Positions 41,061 through 50,329 of a stretch of DNA of 64,000 bases are shown here, piece by piece. Made by a program: the position numbers and the translations under genes. Every line of letters begins with the position of its first letter. The stretch's first letter is position 1. Source of the stretch: Thermodesulfovibrionales bacterium (lineage in GTDB: Bacteria; Nitrospirota; Thermodesulfovibrionia; Thermodesulfovibrionales; SM23-35); the NCBI GenBank assembly GCA_963716185.1, contig OY970295.1, positions 780,078 to 844,077 on the forward strand, in the 5' to 3' direction. A model generated the notes under the pieces. The model saw only the letters and a list, made by a program, of their open reading frames with translations. It searched no databases and was not told where the DNA came from.

Positions 41061-41830
41061 ACGGAAAAGCCCAATATGTAAAGCAATATCCTCGTAAGAA
41101 CAAAATCAGAGACAATAATCATCACAATTGAAGTGACGACCGCCCTCGTAGTAGAAGTCCTCAGTCCCTTTGATCCTCCCTTTGTCGAGAGTCCCGTGTA
41201 ACAGCTTATGCTCGCTATCAGATAACCGAAAATGAACGGTTTGGCCGCACCGGCAAACACATTCTCAAAGGTCAGGATATCCCTGACCGAGCTCCAGTAA
41301 AAAGTTCCGCTCTGATAACTCACAAATACCGCTATATAATAGCCCCCGAAAAGCGACACCGCGTCACCGATAAGCGTAAGGACCGGCAGCATTATTACGG
41401 AACTCAATATCCTGGGCGTCACAAGCTTTTTTATCGGGTCCAGACCAAACACCCTGAGCGAGTCCACCTGATGCCCGAGTATCATGGAACCTAATTCAGA
41501 GGCAATCCCGGAGCCCACCCTTCCGGCGAAAACGAGCGCCGCCGCAACAGGGCCTATCTCTCTGATAATCGAAATACCCACAATCTTGCCCGTATACATC
41601 TTAAGTCCCAGGCCGGAAAGTTCAGCGGCCAGCTGAAGAGAAAGCGCCATACCTATAAACAATGAAACGAGGAAGACTATTAGAAACGATCCCGCGCCGG
41701 CATAGTCCATCTGTTCAACAAGGTCCTTAAAATAAAAGGGTCTTTTCACGACACCTGCCAAACCCTTGACGGAAAGGATGTAAAAGTCCTGAAGGTCGCT
41801 TATAAAATCTCTGATCTTTGTTGTTTCCAA
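41057..41830 (-). CDS. mlaE: ABC transporter permease (MlaE-like)
   Basis: Polytopic membrane protein of about 257 aa. 4-nt overlap with mlaF. MlaE-type sequence (REIGPV...). Confidence 0.9.
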   Translation of the reverse strand: METTKIRDFISDLQDFYILSVKGLAGVVKRPFYFKDLVEQMDYAGAGSFLIVFLVSLFIGMALSLQLAAELSGLGLKMYTGKIVGISIIREIGPVAAALVFAGRVGSGIASELGSMILGHQVDSLRVFGLDPIKKLVTPRILSSVIMLPVLTLIGDAVSLFGGYYIAVFVSYQSGTFYWSSVRDILTFENVFAGAAKPFIFGYLIASISCYTGLSTKGGSKGLRTSTTRAVVTSIVMIIVSDFVLTRILLYILGFSV

Positions 41831-41888
41831 ACTGTCATCCCACGCAATTCACAAACTATTATACACCACGCAGTGCAGGTGTTTTCGA

Positions 41889-43031
41889 TCATTCCTCATG
41901 AACAAGTTCGATCAGGGTCACCTCAGGCGGCGATAGAAAGCGGATCGGCGGCCCCCAAGTGCCCGACCCCCTGCTGACATACAGATGAGAATTATGGGCA
42001 AGGTAAGCAAAACCGGCCTGTACAGGATGATAGTATAAACCCGTCACCAGACTGAATGGAAAGATCTGGCCTTTATGCACATGCCCCGAAAGCTGAAGGT
42101 CGAAAAAGCCGGAGGCGTCTTTATCTATCAGAGGCCTGTGTTTAAGTAAAAGGGTAAACCTTTCAGCCGGAAACCCCGACAGCAATTCTTTCTCATTGCC
42201 CCCCCTGAAAAGACCGAATGCCTTCCCCTGAGGATCATCGACGCCGGCTATATTGATTAATCCAGCGACACGCACTCCGTCCCCCCTCAATACCGTAAAT
42301 CCCGCTTTTCCCGTAAAATCTAATGCCTGCGGAAGTCCCGCATAAAACTCGTGGTTACCTGTCACAGCGAACTTCCCGTATCTCGACTTGATCTCCTGCA
42401 GCATTCCGGCGAGTCCGTAAAGGCCGTTTATCTGTCCGTCCACAAGGTCTCCGGTAGAAACAAGAATATCGGGCTTTGCCTTTTTCACTTCGTCCAGTAT
42501 CCTTTTCAACCTCTCTTCTCTGACGATCAGTCCAAGATGGACATCGGATATCTGGACTATCCTCAGGCAACCGACATCCGCAGGAATTTTTGGTGATTTC
42601 AGCACTATTCTTTCCGTCCGGATGTTCTCCGCTTCAAAATATCCGTAAACCGCTATCAGCACAGAAAGAGCAAGGGGTATAAAGAAAGCATATCTTTCGG
42701 ATATGGCTATATTTGAAAAATCCTTTTTCAGAATGAGTCCGCCCGCGTGCAAGATGACACGATAGGAATCAATGACGAATGAACAGGAAATGAATAAAAA
42801 TAATATCCCCATCCATGTGTATCCTATGTAAGACATCACGCGCGCAAATAGCTCAAACCCTGCTTTTTCAGATGACCGGATAATGACCGGCGCAAAGAGC
42901 ATTACCAGCATGAAGAGTGCTACACATATACCTGTATATGCTCCAAAGGCAAAAACGGCCCTCGCTTTCAGAAAAGCATACAGGTGCATTACGCTGTAAA
43001 GGAGAAAAAATATGATCAAAAATAGCGGCAT
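41889..43031 (-). CDS. membrane-anchored metallophosphoesterase
   Basis: N-terminal TM helices, then the motifs SDVHLG, GDLVD and GNHEF. Confidence 0.85.
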   Translation of the reverse strand: MPLFLIIFFLLYSVMHLYAFLKARAVFAFGAYTGICVALFMLVMLFAPVIIRSSEKAGFELFARVMSYIGYTWMGILFLFISCSFVIDSYRVILHAGGLILKKDFSNIAISERYAFFIPLALSVLIAVYGYFEAENIRTERIVLKSPKIPADVGCLRIVQISDVHLGLIVREERLKRILDEVKKAKPDILVSTGDLVDGQINGLYGLAGMLQEIKSRYGKFAVTGNHEFYAGLPQALDFTGKAGFTVLRGDGVRVAGLINIAGVDDPQGKAFGLFRGGNEKELLSGFPAERFTLLLKHRPLIDKDASGFFDLQLSGHVHKGQIFPFSLVTGLYYHPVQAGFAYLAHNSHLYVSRGSGTWGPPIRFLSPPEVTLIELVHEE

Positions 43032-43070
43032 TATTACTCCTTACCTTAATAGGTTTCCCTATTATTCTCT

Positions 43071-43162
43071 GCCCCTTGATGGGGGAGGGTTAGGGAGAGG
43101 GTGTTTGATGAAAATAATTTATAACACCCTCCCCTTCATCCGCTCCCCTCAAGAGAGGGGAG
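43071..43162. repeat. family 4 GC-rich repeat, two inverted copies
   Basis: GCCCCTTGATGGGGGAGGGTTAGGGAGAGGGTG ... CACCCTCCCCTTCATCCGCTCCCCTCAAGAGAGGGG. The arms are approximate reverse complements. Confidence 0.65.
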
Positions 43163-43196
43163 ATATTAGATACCCACTGTTTCCGCTACAGGTCGT

Positions 43197-44726
43197 TCAG
43201 TGCATGTCCGGTGAAGCTGGCCCCTGTCCTCTCCTCATCAAGAGGACAAGAGGGAGAATGCATATCATCATGATGCTGACAAGATGGAAGGCGTCGTTGA
43301 ATGACAGCATCGATGCCTGTCTCAGAAGTTCCCTGTATATGACCGCGGGTCCGCCATTCCCCGAGAGGGGGCCTTCGAGTCCCTTATATTGAAGAAGCTG
43401 CGCTGTTTTCTCCGAGATAATCTGATATGTCCGGTCAAAGGGCGTCACGTGCTCAACAAGACGGGCCTGATGGAACTGTTCGCGCCGCGAAAGTATAGTT
43501 GTCACAAATGCAACTCCAAAACTTCCCCCAAGGTTTCTCAGGAGATTATAGATTGCGGAAGCATTTCCCATTTCTTCTTTTTTAATTCCAGCCATTGTCA
43601 TTGTGGTAAGCGGGATGAAGAAAAACCCCATCCCGATGCCAAGGACAATCCTCGGCCATATCACGGTATTGAAATCAGCGCTCAGATCGAAGTTTGACAT
43701 GAGATATGTTGCATAGGCGTTGACAGCTATTCCAAACGAAAGAAGGGCCTTTGGATTTACTTTGTTTACAAGGGCGCCGGCTATGGGCAATGATATTAAA
43801 GTGGCAATACCTCCCGGCCCCAGAACAAACCCCGCGAGAAAAGATGTGTACCCCATAAGTGTCTGGAGATAAATCGGGAGCAGGACTATGCTCGCAAAAA
43901 GATTGAAGAAACCCATGAACATCACTAAATTTCCGGTGCTGAAAGAAATATTCCTGAACGTTTTAAGGTTCACAACCGGATGTTCCGCATAAAGTTCGAC
44001 CATCACAAAAGACACCAGGGACACAGCTGAGACAACGCTTAACCACACAATGAGACCCGACGAAAACCAATCTTCCCGCTGTCCCTTATCAAGGACGACT
44101 TGCATGCAGCCAAGACCCAGGGCGAGGAGAGCAAGCCCCCAATAGTCTATTTTCATTCTGGCTTTCTTCATATAGGGAGGATCGGTTATAAATAACATTG
44201 TCAGCAATATGGAGATTATGCCGATCGGCACATTGATGAAGAAGATCCAGTGCCATGACCAGTTATCTGTTATCCAGCCTCCGAGAAGTGGGCCTATTAT
44301 AGGGCCGAACATTATCCCGACCCCGAATGCGGCCATCGCTATTCCGTGCTGACGCGGAGGGAACGTCTCAAGGAGGATAGATTGAGAAAGCGGCTGAAGA
44401 GCCCCGCCTCCCATCCCCTGGAGTATTCTGAAAATTATGAGGCTCTGGAGGTTCCACGCGGAACCGCAAAGAAATGAACTTGCGGTAAATACGGCTATCG
44501 AAATTATAAGATATTTTTTCCTGCCAAAAAACTTGCTCAGCCATCCTGTCATGGGTATTATGATTGCATTGGATACCAGGTAAGAGGTTATCGTCCATGT
44601 GGCTTCATCGATGCCGGCTGAGAGGCTGCCCCTGATATGGTCGAGAGACACATTGACCACGGATGTATCTATTATCTCGATGAGGGTGGGAAGCATCACG
44701 GTAAGAGTAATGATCCATTTGTTCAT
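43197..44726 (-). CDS. MFS drug:H+ antiporter, DHA2 (EmrB/QacA) family
   Basis: 509 aa with about 14 TM segments. N-terminal LDxTIVNVAL-like IDTSVVNVSL. Start overlaps the stop of the HlyD-family gene. Confidence 0.9.
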   Translation of the reverse strand: MNKWIITLTVMLPTLIEIIDTSVVNVSLDHIRGSLSAGIDEATWTITSYLVSNAIIIPMTGWLSKFFGRKKYLIISIAVFTASSFLCGSAWNLQSLIIFRILQGMGGGALQPLSQSILLETFPPRQHGIAMAAFGVGIMFGPIIGPLLGGWITDNWSWHWIFFINVPIGIISILLTMLFITDPPYMKKARMKIDYWGLALLALGLGCMQVVLDKGQREDWFSSGLIVWLSVVSAVSLVSFVMVELYAEHPVVNLKTFRNISFSTGNLVMFMGFFNLFASIVLLPIYLQTLMGYTSFLAGFVLGPGGIATLISLPIAGALVNKVNPKALLSFGIAVNAYATYLMSNFDLSADFNTVIWPRIVLGIGMGFFFIPLTTMTMAGIKKEEMGNASAIYNLLRNLGGSFGVAFVTTILSRREQFHQARLVEHVTPFDRTYQIISEKTAQLLQYKGLEGPLSGNGGPAVIYRELLRQASMLSFNDAFHLVSIMMICILPLVLLMRRGQGPASPDMH

Positions 44727-45817
44727 TATTCGACAACAACTGTAGGTACCACAGACATACCGATGCGAAGAACATGGCCGGGGTCCGTATCTTTGTCAAG
44801 CACTACCTTTACGGGTATTCTCTGCACGACCTTCACATAGTTTCCCGTTGCATTTTCCGGCGGGAAGAGTGAAAACACCGAGCCGGTTCCCGACATTATG
44901 CTGTCAACTTTTCCTTTAAACTTATTTCCCGGATAGGTGTCCACTTTTATAACAACCTCCTGTCCTGACTTCACTTTTTCAAGCTGTGTCTCCTTGTAGT
45001 TCGCCGTTATCCAAATGTCGTCAAGAGAGACAACCGCCAGGAGAGGCTGTCCTGCATCTACCTGGTTTCCGACTTCAACAGACCTTTTTGTTATATATCC
45101 GTCAGCCGGCGCATAAATCCGGGTGTATCCATAATTGAGCCGGGCAGTCTTTAACTGGGCCTCTTTTTCTTTTATCTTGGAGAGTTGTGAAGTCTTCAGA
45201 ACTTCTGTTTGTCTTACAATAGCCTTCTGGGTTTCAAGTGCCTTTTCCGCCTGTTTGAGCTGCTCTCCTGCGGCCTTAACCTGCGCAACAGAAACGGCAT
45301 AGGCGGTCATTGTTTTCTCGTATCTTTCTTTCGGTATAGTATTAGACTTAAAAAGATTTTCAGCCCTTTTGCTGTCCTTTTCGGCCTGGTTAAGGTCCGC
45401 TTTTCGGAGTTCGAGATTTGCCTTTGCCGCTTCTATGCCTGCGCTTATTTCGGAGATTCGCTTTTTCGATACAGCTACTTGTGCTTCGATTTCGGCAAGC
45501 TTTGCTTTTTCGGCATTTACGGACGCCGATGTCTCATTCACCTTCACTTCATAATCAACGGGGTCAATTTCTACAAGCATATCTCCTTTTTTGACCGCCT
45601 GGTTGTCTTGCACATAGATCCTCTTGATAGTACCTTTGACCTTTGGCGCTATAGTATGGATATGACCATCTATAAATGCATCGTCTGTTGTTATATGTGT
45701 CGCTTTATATCTGAGGTAGAAAAAAAGTGTTGCGCCGCCTATGACAATAACCACCGCCAGAATAAAAACTCCGAGCTTTTTCTTTTTGTTGTTTGCTTTA
45801 ATAGTTTCTTCCGCCAT
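44726..45817 (-). CDS. HlyD/EmrA-family membrane fusion protein
   Basis: N-terminal anchor, long coiled-coil, and lipoyl/beta-barrel segments (GDMLVEIDP...). Confidence 0.9.
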   Translation of the reverse strand: MAEETIKANNKKKKLGVFILAVVIVIGGATLFFYLRYKATHITTDDAFIDGHIHTIAPKVKGTIKRIYVQDNQAVKKGDMLVEIDPVDYEVKVNETSASVNAEKAKLAEIEAQVAVSKKRISEISAGIEAAKANLELRKADLNQAEKDSKRAENLFKSNTIPKERYEKTMTAYAVSVAQVKAAGEQLKQAEKALETQKAIVRQTEVLKTSQLSKIKEKEAQLKTARLNYGYTRIYAPADGYITKRSVEVGNQVDAGQPLLAVVSLDDIWITANYKETQLEKVKSGQEVVIKVDTYPGNKFKGKVDSIMSGTGSVFSLFPPENATGNYVKVVQRIPVKVVLDKDTDPGHVLRIGMSVVPTVVVE

Positions 45818-45897
45818 AGTTCGGACTCCAATTCCTTTTTCCCAATCTTACTTCGGTAAATGCTTGTGAGTAAGTCATATATTATACGATAACTCTC

Positions 45898-47127
45898 CTA
45901 CTCATACCTCAGCGCATCTATCGGATCAAGCAACGAAGCCTTATAAGCGGGATAAAAGCCGAAGAATATTCCCACCAGCCCGGAAAACCCGAAGGCCAGC
46001 AGAATTGAAATCGGGGATATGATTGTGGACCATCCCGCGAGCATCGACAGCAGCTTCGAACCGGATACGCCGAGGATAATCCCGGTTATCCCCCCGATCA
46101 ATGATAAGGTGAGCGCCTCGATTATGAACTGAAGTCTTATGTCCCATGTTTTTGCGCCTATGGCCATCCTTATTCCTATCTCCCTCGTCCTCTCCGTGAC
46201 CGATACGAGCATGATGTTCATGATCCCGATTCCTCCGACAAGGAGAGAAACCGATGCAATAGCGCCAAGCAATAAGGTCATTACCTTCGTTGACTGCTCT
46301 GCGGTCTGCATAATCTGTGTGAGATTTCTGACCGTGAAGTCGTTCTCCTGTTTCTGACCGATGTGATGCCTCTGCCTGAGTAGTTCGTTTATCTGTTTTT
46401 CCGCGGGTCCTAAGTCTTCCGTGCTCTTTGCCTTGATCATCATTATCCTGATCATTCCGGGGAAGGAGGTCCCGAAGAGTTTTTTCTGTGCGGTCGTGAC
46501 AGGGACATAAATGGTGTCATCCTGGTCCTGGCCCTGAGGAGATTGCCCTTTTGGCGAAAGGACTCCTATAACTGTGAAGGGAAGATTCTTGATCCTGATA
46601 GATTGACCTAAGGGGTCCATATCTCCAAAAAGGTTGTCTACAACGGTCTGCCCTAATAAGCAGACCTTTGTGGCGTTCTTGACATCCTGCTGCGTAAAGG
46701 CCCTGCCCGAGGCAAGTGGCCAGTCCCTGACATTCAGCATACTCGAAGTTGTTCCCACAACGCCGGTTGACCAGTTCTGGTGTCCATAAATGACCTGTGC
46801 GACTCCGTTAAGAACGGGCGCGACATCCTGTACCGCCGAACATTCCTTCTGGATCGCATCTGCATCCCCCATGGTAAGAGTAGGCTGGGTCCCTGCGCCC
46901 ATTCTCACGCCCCCTGCCGTGGTTGAACCGGGAAGAATTATAAGGAGGTTGCTTCCCATGCTCGAAATCTGATCGGCGATTCTCTTGCTCGCTCCCGTGC
47001 CCACGGCAAGCATGGTGATAACAGCGCCGACACCGATAATGATCCCCAGCATTGTAAGGGCTGAACGCATCTTGTTCACCCTTAATGCTCTAAATGATAT
47101 CCTGAATGTTGAGGGTATGTTTATCAT
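45898..47127 (-). CDS. ABC transporter permease, MacB/FtsX type
   Basis: N-terminal TM helix, large periplasmic domain, and C-terminal FtsX-like 3-TM bundle ending DPIDALRYE. Confidence 0.9.
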   Translation of the reverse strand: MINIPSTFRISFRALRVNKMRSALTMLGIIIGVGAVITMLAVGTGASKRIADQISSMGSNLLIILPGSTTAGGVRMGAGTQPTLTMGDADAIQKECSAVQDVAPVLNGVAQVIYGHQNWSTGVVGTTSSMLNVRDWPLASGRAFTQQDVKNATKVCLLGQTVVDNLFGDMDPLGQSIRIKNLPFTVIGVLSPKGQSPQGQDQDDTIYVPVTTAQKKLFGTSFPGMIRIMMIKAKSTEDLGPAEKQINELLRQRHHIGQKQENDFTVRNLTQIMQTAEQSTKVMTLLLGAIASVSLLVGGIGIMNIMLVSVTERTREIGIRMAIGAKTWDIRLQFIIEALTLSLIGGITGIILGVSGSKLLSMLAGWSTIISPISILLAFGFSGLVGIFFGFYPAYKASLLDPIDALRYE

Positions 47128-47816
47128 GATCGTCCTACCCTTTCATCGCTCATAATACGTCCGTCCAGAAACCTTATTATCCGCCTGCTGTATGCAGCAA
47201 TATCATTCTCATGGGTTACGAGTATTATCGTGATCTTTGATTCGGTATTCAGTTTTACAAATATCTCCATTATCTCGGCGCTCGTCTTTGTGTCAAGGTT
47301 GCCGGTGGGTTCATCTGCAAGGATTATGGGCGCATTGTTCACCAGTGCCCTTGCTATTGCGACCCTCTGCTGCTGTCCGCCTGAAAGCTGATTGGGATGA
47401 TGGTCTCCCCTGCCTTCCAGCCCTACATTTTTAAGGGCTTCTAATGCCTTTTCCCTCCTATCCTTTGCAGGGATGCCGTCATAAAGCATCGGGAGTTCGA
47501 CGTTTTCGAGGGCTGATGTCCTTGGAAGAAGGTTGAACCCTTGAAAGACAAAACCTATTTTTTTGTTCCTTATGCCCGCAAGTTCATCCCTGTCAAGACC
47601 GCCGATATCAGTATCTTCTAAAAGATATTTGCCGGTTGTCGGTTTATCAAGACATCCCAGGATATTCATGAAAGTGGATTTACCGGAGCCTGAAGGGCCC
47701 ATTACTGCGACAAATTCACCTTCCCCTATTGTTAAAGAAACACCCCTGAGCGCATTGACGTCGATATCACCAAGGCTGTAGACTTTAGTGATCTCCAGTG
47801 CCTCAATAATTGCCAC
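47124..47816 (-). CDS. ABC transporter ATP-binding protein, MacB/LolD type
   Basis: GPSGSGKST, LSGGQQQRVAIARAL, ILADEPTGNLD. Confidence 0.93.
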   Translation of the reverse strand: MAIIEALEITKVYSLGDIDVNALRGVSLTIGEGEFVAVMGPSGSGKSTFMNILGCLDKPTTGKYLLEDTDIGGLDRDELAGIRNKKIGFVFQGFNLLPRTSALENVELPMLYDGIPAKDRREKALEALKNVGLEGRGDHHPNQLSGGQQQRVAIARALVNNAPIILADEPTGNLDTKTSAEIMEIFVKLNTESKITIILVTHENDIAAYSRRIIRFLDGRIMSDERVGRS

Positions 47817-47817
47817 G

Positions 47818-48972
47818 CTAAAACATCCTCGGCCCCGAAGGCTGTTGTGACTTTACCTTTGCCAGAGATTCTACTATCAGTTCCTCTCCTTCGTTTATCT
47901 TTCCCGATATAAGCTCGGTGTAACTGCCGTCGCTTATACCTATCGAGACCGGGACCCGTTTTGGTTTCCCCTGCTCGAGTATCCAGACACCGGTCCCTTT
48001 CTGTTGCGCCGCGGCCTTGTTCTTCTCAGCGGGTTTGAATCTCAGGGCAGCATTCGGTATCTTAAGAACACCCTTTTTTATTGAGATGATTATGGACACG
48101 TTGGCGGTCATCCCGGGTTTAAGTTTGAAATCCGGGTTGGCAACCTGGATCACTACATCGTAGGTCACAACGTTCTGGACTATTATCGGGGCGTTCCTGA
48201 CCTGCAATACCTTGCCCTTGAAGGTGATGTCCGGATAAGCATCCACAGTAAATTCAACGTCCTGCCCGACTTTCACACTTCCTATGTCCGCCTCGGCCAC
48301 ATTCGTGTCTATCTGCATTTTTGTGAGGTCCTGTGCAATGCTGAAGAGTGTCGGCGTCTGAAAGCTTGCGGCAACTGTCTGACCGACGTCCACATTTCTC
48401 GAAACAACAATCCCGTCTACGGGAGAGATTATCTTCGTATAATAAAGGTTTGTCTCGGCAGAGCTTAAGGCCGCCTCGCTCTGGGCCACCTGGGACTTTG
48501 CAGCGCTTACAGAAGCCTTTGCCGTTTCATAGTTTGTTTCCGCCGTGTCGAGGTCACTCTGCGCGACAAGATTTTTTGATAACAACTCCTTATTCCGGTC
48601 CATGGTCCTCTTCGCATCAACGAGAGTTGCTGCAGCTTTCTCCAAATTTGCCTTGGCTGAAAAGAGGTTCGCCCTCGACTGGTTCACCTGTGCCTCAAAC
48701 AGGGCCGGGTCTATCCGCGCTATCAGCTGGCCTTTCTTTACAGGTGAATTGAAATCAACATAAATATTCTTTATCGTGCCTGATACCTGTGTTCCTACAA
48801 GTACGGTGGTCACAGGGTTTACTGTGCCCGTGGCGGTTACCGCCATTTCCACATCGCCTCTTACGACCTTGTCAAATCTGAATTTCGGCTCTTTCCCGTT
48901 GCCCCTGAACAGCAGAAATCCACCAACAGCAATAACAATAATTATTCCGCTGATGATAAGTATTTTTTTCAT
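47818..48972 (-). CDS. efflux periplasmic adaptor subunit (MacA-like)
   Basis: Signal anchor, lipoyl motif, long alpha-hairpin and beta-barrel domains. Adjacent to the MacB-type ABC genes. Confidence 0.85.
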   Translation of the reverse strand: MKKILIISGIIIVIAVGGFLLFRGNGKEPKFRFDKVVRGDVEMAVTATGTVNPVTTVLVGTQVSGTIKNIYVDFNSPVKKGQLIARIDPALFEAQVNQSRANLFSAKANLEKAAATLVDAKRTMDRNKELLSKNLVAQSDLDTAETNYETAKASVSAAKSQVAQSEAALSSAETNLYYTKIISPVDGIVVSRNVDVGQTVAASFQTPTLFSIAQDLTKMQIDTNVAEADIGSVKVGQDVEFTVDAYPDITFKGKVLQVRNAPIIVQNVVTYDVVIQVANPDFKLKPGMTANVSIIISIKKGVLKIPNAALRFKPAEKNKAAAQQKGTGVWILEQGKPKRVPVSIGISDGSYTELISGKINEGEELIVESLAKVKSQQPSGPRMF

Positions 48973-50285
48973 CTCATACCCATCGCCTTCTCAAGACTCG
49001 CCTGTGATACTTTGTAATTATAAAGGGTCTGTATGTAAGACAGCTTTCCGTTCGCCAGCAGCACCTCCGCATCGGTGACATCGATAGGACTTCCGACGCC
49101 GGCAGCGTATCTTCCGGTAGCTATCTCAAAATTTTCCTGCGCCTGCTGTACACCGAGTTCCGCCGTAGGGATACTCTCTTCGGCCTGTTTAAGATTAAGG
49201 TACGCCTGCTGTACGTCCGAGAATATGTTCTGCCTCAGCGACTCTTCGTTTGCTTTAAGGATATTCAGGTTTGCTTTTGCTTCCTGCACCTGGTATTTAG
49301 TCAGGAAGCCGTTGAATATGGGGAACGAAAGGGCCGCGCCCACATTCCAGCCGTGGTCGAGAGAAGAGATCCTTTCTCCTGACCAATTATAAGCCGCATT
49401 CCCGGTTAAGACAGGGTAGTAGCCCGTCGTTGCGAGGTCGACAGACCTCTCTCCCGCAAGCCTCTTCGCAACGGTTGAAATCAAATCAGGCCTGTTTTTA
49501 TATGCCTTGTTCAGCGCGTCTTCAAAGGTTATATTGTATTTCTGGAAAGAAAGATTATCTTCCATGATATACTCAGGCGCATCGGGGACCCCTATTGCAT
49601 TGTTCAGGGCTACCACAGCCAGCCTGAGGGCATTTTCAGCCTTAATCAGATTGAGTTTTGCATTGCTCAGGTTCGCCTCTGCCTGTGTCACGTCATATTT
49701 CGGTTTCGTGCCGACTTCGTAAAAGCCCTTTGCCTGATCAAGGTGCTGCTGGAACTGTTTCACTGTATCCGCAGAAACATCTCTGCTGCGCTTTGCCTGC
49801 AATACCCCGAAATATGCCTGCTTCACATTAAGGATCACCTGCTCGGAAACGTTTTCAAGGTCCGAGCGTGATGAATCGAGATTCAAGCTCTGAATTTTCA
49901 CCTGTGTCGGCGTCTTTCCGAAATCATAAATATCCTGGCTGAGGCTGAATCCCGTAAAATATTGATCAAAAGAACCTGTTTTACCGATAGAAGAAACAGC
50001 AGTGCCGGTTGATGATAAGGAGCTCGTCCCTCTCGCAGACGATATCCTGTCGTAGCTTGATGTCCAGTTTATCTGGGGATAATAGTTTGACTTTGCTTCG
50101 CCCACTCTGCTCATATTTGCATTGACACTATTTGCTGCAGCAGAGATAGCGGGCTGCATCTTCATGGCTATTTCAATACATCTCTCCAGATTAATGGATT
50201 CTCCCTTTTTAATGATCTCCTCTGCGGTCACCCTGAGAGGAATTATGAATATGAGTAATGCCGTTAAAAAAATTAATCTTTTCAT
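48969..50285 (-). CDS. TolC-family outer membrane efflux protein
   Basis: Signal peptide and two tandem OEP repeats with coiled-coil segments. 4-nt overlap with the adaptor gene. Confidence 0.9.
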   Translation of the reverse strand: MKRLIFLTALLIFIIPLRVTAEEIIKKGESINLERCIEIAMKMQPAISAAANSVNANMSRVGEAKSNYYPQINWTSSYDRISSARGTSSLSSTGTAVSSIGKTGSFDQYFTGFSLSQDIYDFGKTPTQVKIQSLNLDSSRSDLENVSEQVILNVKQAYFGVLQAKRSRDVSADTVKQFQQHLDQAKGFYEVGTKPKYDVTQAEANLSNAKLNLIKAENALRLAVVALNNAIGVPDAPEYIMEDNLSFQKYNITFEDALNKAYKNRPDLISTVAKRLAGERSVDLATTGYYPVLTGNAAYNWSGERISSLDHGWNVGAALSFPIFNGFLTKYQVQEAKANLNILKANEESLRQNIFSDVQQAYLNLKQAEESIPTAELGVQQAQENFEIATGRYAAGVGSPIDVTDAEVLLANGKLSYIQTLYNYKVSQASLEKAMGMR

Positions 50286-50329
50286 CCCGACCTCCTTACG
50301 CCGTCTTATGGTTTAATCCTTATTTGTCC

